Shown: positions 34,130 to 37,809 of the stretch, one piece after another
Numbering within the stretch: position 1 is the stretch's first letter
Layout: every line of letters begins with the position of its first letter
Assembly (NCBI GenBank): GCA_030141605.1
Contig: JAQGDQ010002436.1
Span: forward strand, 1-37,809
Source of the DNA: Tubiluchus corallicola
Lineage: Eukaryota > Animalia > Priapulida
Direction: 5' to 3'
DNA: 37,809 nt
Position numbers and translations under genes: made by a program
Notes under the pieces: generated by a model
Database searches by the model: none
The model's input: the letters and a program-made list of their open reading frames with translations, nothing else
Told to the model about the DNA's origin: nothing

Positions 34130-34873
34130 TTAATTTGCCGAAGCGACGCGTTTGGGTCTATGCTGGTCTGTTATCTGCTTATAGTTTTTTGCCACAAGGT
34201 TGTAATAGAGGCTGGGCAGCTTCTTGCCGGACTTGATCCTTTTATCCAGATTCCCCGGACCAAAATTGTAGGCAGTGACGGCGTGATTCATGTTATTCAG
34301 CTTTTTATTCAGATAGCTGAGATAAGATATTCCAAGGATCAGGTTATTGACAGGATCGTAAATATCTTCCTCATTTTCTATATCGAGGTGGTCTATCTTC
34401 TTCGATATGTAATACGCAGTAGTAGGGAGCAGCTGCATCAATCCTATGGCACCTTTGTGTGACAAGGCTCTTTCTTGGAATGCGCTCTCCGTCTTTATTA
34501 TCGCCAGGATAAGATACGGGTCTATGCTGTGCCTAAGGGCTTCTTTTGCAATTACCACGGACATCTTGTCCACGTTTGTGTTTGAATATTTCTTGCCCTT
34601 GCTCAAGCTCGCCATGGCCAAGGATATCTCGTTTGCAAGGAGCAGCTCCGTCGATTGCTGATAGCTTTTTTGATAAAGCAACATGGTCTGCATCATACTG
34701 TCCATTTCCCTTGTCAATTTACTTCCGCTTTTGCCAAGGTAGACCTCCAGCGATACGACCACCAGCAACGCCAATATCAAAGAGGATATTGAAGATAACA
34801 GCACGATTTGCGAAACGGGCTTGTAGTGCTTTTCATCTCTGGATTTATGTACAGTCAACCACTCTATGGCCAA
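34130..34873 (-). CDS. Membrane-anchored lytic transglycosylase (SLT domain)
   Basis: N-terminal TM helix; IDPYLILAIIKTES, GAIGLMQL, GISYL, AYNFG. Confidence 0.9.
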   Translation of the reverse strand: MAIEWLTVHKSRDEKHYKPVSQIVLLSSISSLILALLVVVSLEVYLGKSGSKLTREMDSMMQTMLLYQKSYQQSTELLLANEISLAMASLSKGKKYSNTNVDKMSVVIAKEALRHSIDPYLILAIIKTESAFQERALSHKGAIGLMQLLPTTAYYISKKIDHLDIENEEDIYDPVNNLILGISYLSYLNKKLNNMNHAVTAYNFGPGNLDKRIKSGKKLPSLYYNLVAKNYKQITDQHRPKRVASAN

Positions 34874-35021
34874 ACTCCAAAAAAATAAAAATTGCCCTTA
34901 AAAACACTCACCACAAGGACATACAGAGATAGTATACCCTAAAAAAGAAAACATATCTACAAAAAGTGATAAAACTGTGAAATACTGTGCGTTAAAATTT
35001 ATATAGTGGAGTTTTTTTGTA

Positions 35022-35708
35022 GTGTATCAATTTCCGAAGCTTAAAGAGGGTGTATTTTTAAGAAGGTATAAGCGTTTTTTTGCAGATATCGACACCGGTT
35101 CAGAGGTGATTACGGTTCATAATCCGAATACCGGTGCAATGACCGGCTTGGTGGAAAATGAATGTAGAGCCCTTTATTCTTTGGCAGAGAACAGGAATAG
35201 GAAACTTCCTCACACATTGGAAGCACTGATGATAAACGGAGAATGGATAATCACAAATACTGTCGTTATAAACAGGATCGTGGAATCTGCCATAAACGAT
35301 TCTGAGCTGAACGACTTTGGCAAGATATATACTTATAAAAGAGAGTTCAAATTTGGGGATAGTAGGATAGATTTTTGTTTGGAAACCGACAAAGGGGTAG
35401 TTTTTTTAGAGGTGAAGAGCGTTACCCTTTTTGATGATAAATTTAATATGTTTCCGGATGCTGTGACGGAAAGGGGGAGAAAGCATCTTTTAACGATGGC
35501 AAAAGGGGCGCAAGATGGTCTTATTACGGCAACTCTGTATGTGTGCAGCGCAGACAGAGAAGGGTTCAAGATAGCAGACCATATTGACGACAAGTATGCA
35601 CAGAGCTATAAACTGGCAAGAAGCTGTGGAATGAAAACCTTGATTTATCGCAATATATTCAGTTTGGAAGATAGTACGTGCTATTTGGAAAAGATGCCTA
35701 TATTGTAG
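35022..35708 (+). CDS. sfsA: DNA/RNA nuclease SfsA (sugar fermentation stimulation protein)
   Basis: RRYKRFFAD, HNPNTGAM, SRIDF, LEVKSVTL, FPDAVTERGRKHL. Confidence 0.93.
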   Translation: MYQFPKLKEGVFLRRYKRFFADIDTGSEVITVHNPNTGAMTGLVENECRALYSLAENRNRKLPHTLEALMINGEWIITNTVVINRIVESAINDSELNDFGKIYTYKREFKFGDSRIDFCLETDKGVVFLEVKSVTLFDDKFNMFPDAVTERGRKHLLTMAKGAQDGLITATLYVCSADREGFKIADHIDDKYAQSYKLARSCGMKTLIYRNIFSLEDSTCYLEKMPIL

Positions 35709-35737
35709 ATGGATATTATTTTTTTGAGGTGTGTTTT

Positions 35738-36181
35738 ATGAAAAAGAGGGTGATGAATATTGCCATGGTTGCCCATGACAACAGAAAGGAAGATTTGTTG
35801 TCATGGTTAGGTACTCATTTGGCTGAGTTTAAAGAGCACAATCTGTTTGCAACCGGAACAACTGGAGGCATGATTTGCGAAAGGTATGGGCTGAGCAATG
35901 TGACAAAGCTAAAGTCCGGTCCTTTAGGGGGCGACCAGGAGTTGGGCGCAATGATTGCAAACGGGCAGATCGACGCCATATTCTTTTTGTGGGATCCGAT
36001 GATGCCGCAACCTCATGAACCGGATGTCAGAGCACTATTGAGGATATCTGTTTTGAAAAACATTATTATTGCAGAGTCTAGACAGACCGCAGACATGGTA
36101 ATAACAAGCCCCCTGTTTGCAAATGCGGACTATACGCCCATAAAGACAGATTACAGCAAGTATCTTAAAAGAACGCTCTAG
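35738..36181 (+). CDS. mgsA: Methylglyoxal synthase
   Basis: IAMVAHD, ATGTTG, SGPLGGDQE, FLWDP..PQPHEPDVRALLR; GAGG RBS before ATG 35738. Confidence 0.95.
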   Translation: MKKRVMNIAMVAHDNRKEDLLSWLGTHLAEFKEHNLFATGTTGGMICERYGLSNVTKLKSGPLGGDQELGAMIANGQIDAIFFLWDPMMPQPHEPDVRALLRISVLKNIIIAESRQTADMVITSPLFANADYTPIKTDYSKYLKRTL

Positions 36182-36197
36182 GCGTCGGATGAAGTTT

Positions 36198-37628
36198 TTA
36201 AGAAAATCTCTTCATAAAGCTTTCCGGAGAATGTAGAGAAAACTGCTTGAATGTGAATTCTCCTATCAGCACTACATCTTCGGTATCGCCTAGGGAGATC
36301 CTTTTGTCTATTCCTGCAACGTCGAATTTCGGGTTGTTTTGATGAAAGTATATCTGTTCGTTGCTTGTTCGGGTAGACAGAAGGAATGTTTGCTGAGATG
36401 TGCCGCTTGTGCATATTAGCGTATCTATTTCATCATCCAGTATCTTTTTGCGGAGCAGCATTGATTTATCGAAATGATTGTAATAGTCCTTCGTGTATCT
36501 GTCCGGCAAAGAGGCGTGAGCGCTATGATACTTAGCTGATAACGCTGTAAATTTATCTATCATGCTTTGGGATGATGCTATCCTGTTTTCCACATCTATG
36601 TTGTATATATACACGTCATAAAACGGGGACAACTCCTGCACTATTGTCAACAAATTTTCAGATCCTAAGTCCAGTATCTCGTCAACAACGAATCCTACCT
36701 TGCGTTTTTCATGGTTGTGACTTTGTAAAACACCCTGAATTTCCCAATCATTCATACGTTTTACACAATATTCTGATAATTTTTTATCCACATTTTCATT
36801 AAATGTTGTCTGTTTTGAAACATCTTGATTTAGGTATGCGTTGAGGAACAAAAGATACAGATGAAGGGTGAATACGGCTTCGTCATCATTTGCTTCAAGA
36901 GCATCCAAGTACCTGTCATATAGAGTGGGGTACAGGTCTAAAAAGGCAACGTCATTTCCCATCGTTTCCCAAAAGAATGGCAGTAGCCAAGCAAGGGCTT
37001 TTTTCTTGTCCATGGTAGTTTTGTCATTAAAACTTTTGCCAAATATGTTGTCCTCCAGCTGCTTGATGAGGTTAGCCGCATCGCCATATATAAATTTCGG
37101 TATATATTTTCCCCACTGTTCAAAATTATTTGATACATCAAAGATCTCTCTAGTCGGCAAGCTTAGGGCATACTTTGTGAATATCTTCAATCCTTCTTCT
37201 CCAAGGCCGCTGTAGGTGTATAGCATGAGGATCTTCAATGCGCTGAAAAGTTTTTCTACAGGATCAGTGCTCTCTTCGTATCTATCTTTGATTTCGTTAA
37301 TTTGCGCTTCAATATCTACTATAGAGCCTGCAATGTCGATCTTGCGCAATATGTGTAAGGGAAACAGATAGTCGAGTTTTAAGTCATTTACTCCAAACAT
37401 GATCAGTATCTTTTCCCTGAAGGACAGTATAAGTTCTCTATACTCATCCATAAAATAGGCATTTTCGTGCATCATATATCTGTCTTCTAAGTCTGTGAAA
37501 AGTTTTACCGCAAGGGATGCCGAATAGTAGTCTGAGCTTTGCACGTGGGATATCATTTCATCCAGATACTGTTTTGTTTGTCTGGTTCCTGCCAAACGTG
37601 TGATTTCATTAGTTATGCTATCATCCAT
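36198..37628 (-). CDS. Hypothetical protein: helical N-terminus plus partial GT41/SPINDLY-like glycosyltransferase domain
   Basis: 476-aa ORF with AAGGTG RBS; KRKVGFV and LRKKILDDEIDTLI...STRTSNEQIY...IDKRIS resemble the first catalytic half of O-GlcNAc transferase-like proteins. Confidence 0.55.
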   Translation of the reverse strand: MDDSITNEITRLAGTRQTKQYLDEMISHVQSSDYYSASLAVKLFTDLEDRYMMHENAYFMDEYRELILSFREKILIMFGVNDLKLDYLFPLHILRKIDIAGSIVDIEAQINEIKDRYEESTDPVEKLFSALKILMLYTYSGLGEEGLKIFTKYALSLPTREIFDVSNNFEQWGKYIPKFIYGDAANLIKQLEDNIFGKSFNDKTTMDKKKALAWLLPFFWETMGNDVAFLDLYPTLYDRYLDALEANDDEAVFTLHLYLLFLNAYLNQDVSKQTTFNENVDKKLSEYCVKRMNDWEIQGVLQSHNHEKRKVGFVVDEILDLGSENLLTIVQELSPFYDVYIYNIDVENRIASSQSMIDKFTALSAKYHSAHASLPDRYTKDYYNHFDKSMLLRKKILDDEIDTLICTSGTSQQTFLLSTRTSNEQIYFHQNNPKFDVAGIDKRISLGDTEDVVLIGEFTFKQFSLHSPESFMKRFS

Positions 37629-37809
37629 ATAGATACTTCACCTTCTTTATTTGCAAAATACGCATGGGTTCCGCCTAAGGAGCGGGTATGTGTGTCACTG
37701 AAACACTATACAGAATTATTATATCCTATACTAGGTTAAAATATGCTAGTATCGCGTTTGTGGAGGGTTGATCTTGTGGTGGCTTTAAGAGAAATAGATT
37801 TATGCAATG

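Overview
Chromosomal housekeeping region of a Gram-negative bacterium. The split F1/b-b' ATP synthase cluster, short two-subunit AddAB, single-chain transketolase and DUF3391-type HD-GYP protein suggest a Deferribacterota/Desulfobacterota-like lineage (inference only). In order: glycerate 2-kinase, HD-GYP phosphodiesterase, a membrane protein, three diverged membrane-anchored paralogs of unknown function plus a decayed fourth copy, transketolase (frameshifted), rlmB-like, rlmH, dksA-like, gpmI, comF, gap, pgk, atpF'-F-H-A-G-D-C, a tRNA m6A methyltransferase, rarD, an FkbM methyltransferase, addA/addB, an NFACT/RqcH protein, a lytic transglycosylase, sfsA, mgsA and an apparently truncated GT41-like protein. 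The main structural anomaly is a 2.45 kb near-perfect tandem duplication (22899-25342 / 25347-27793), either a real amplification of the FkbM gene or an uncollapsed assembly overlap. The best candidates for undescribed biology are the paralog array (3480-6968) and a putative small RNA with an anti-Shine-Dalgarno motif next to a leaderless addBA promoter carrying a direct repeat (32206-32430). I saw no CRISPR array, tRNA, rRNA, transposase, integrase or phage gene. All family calls are from motif recognition by eye, not database searches.
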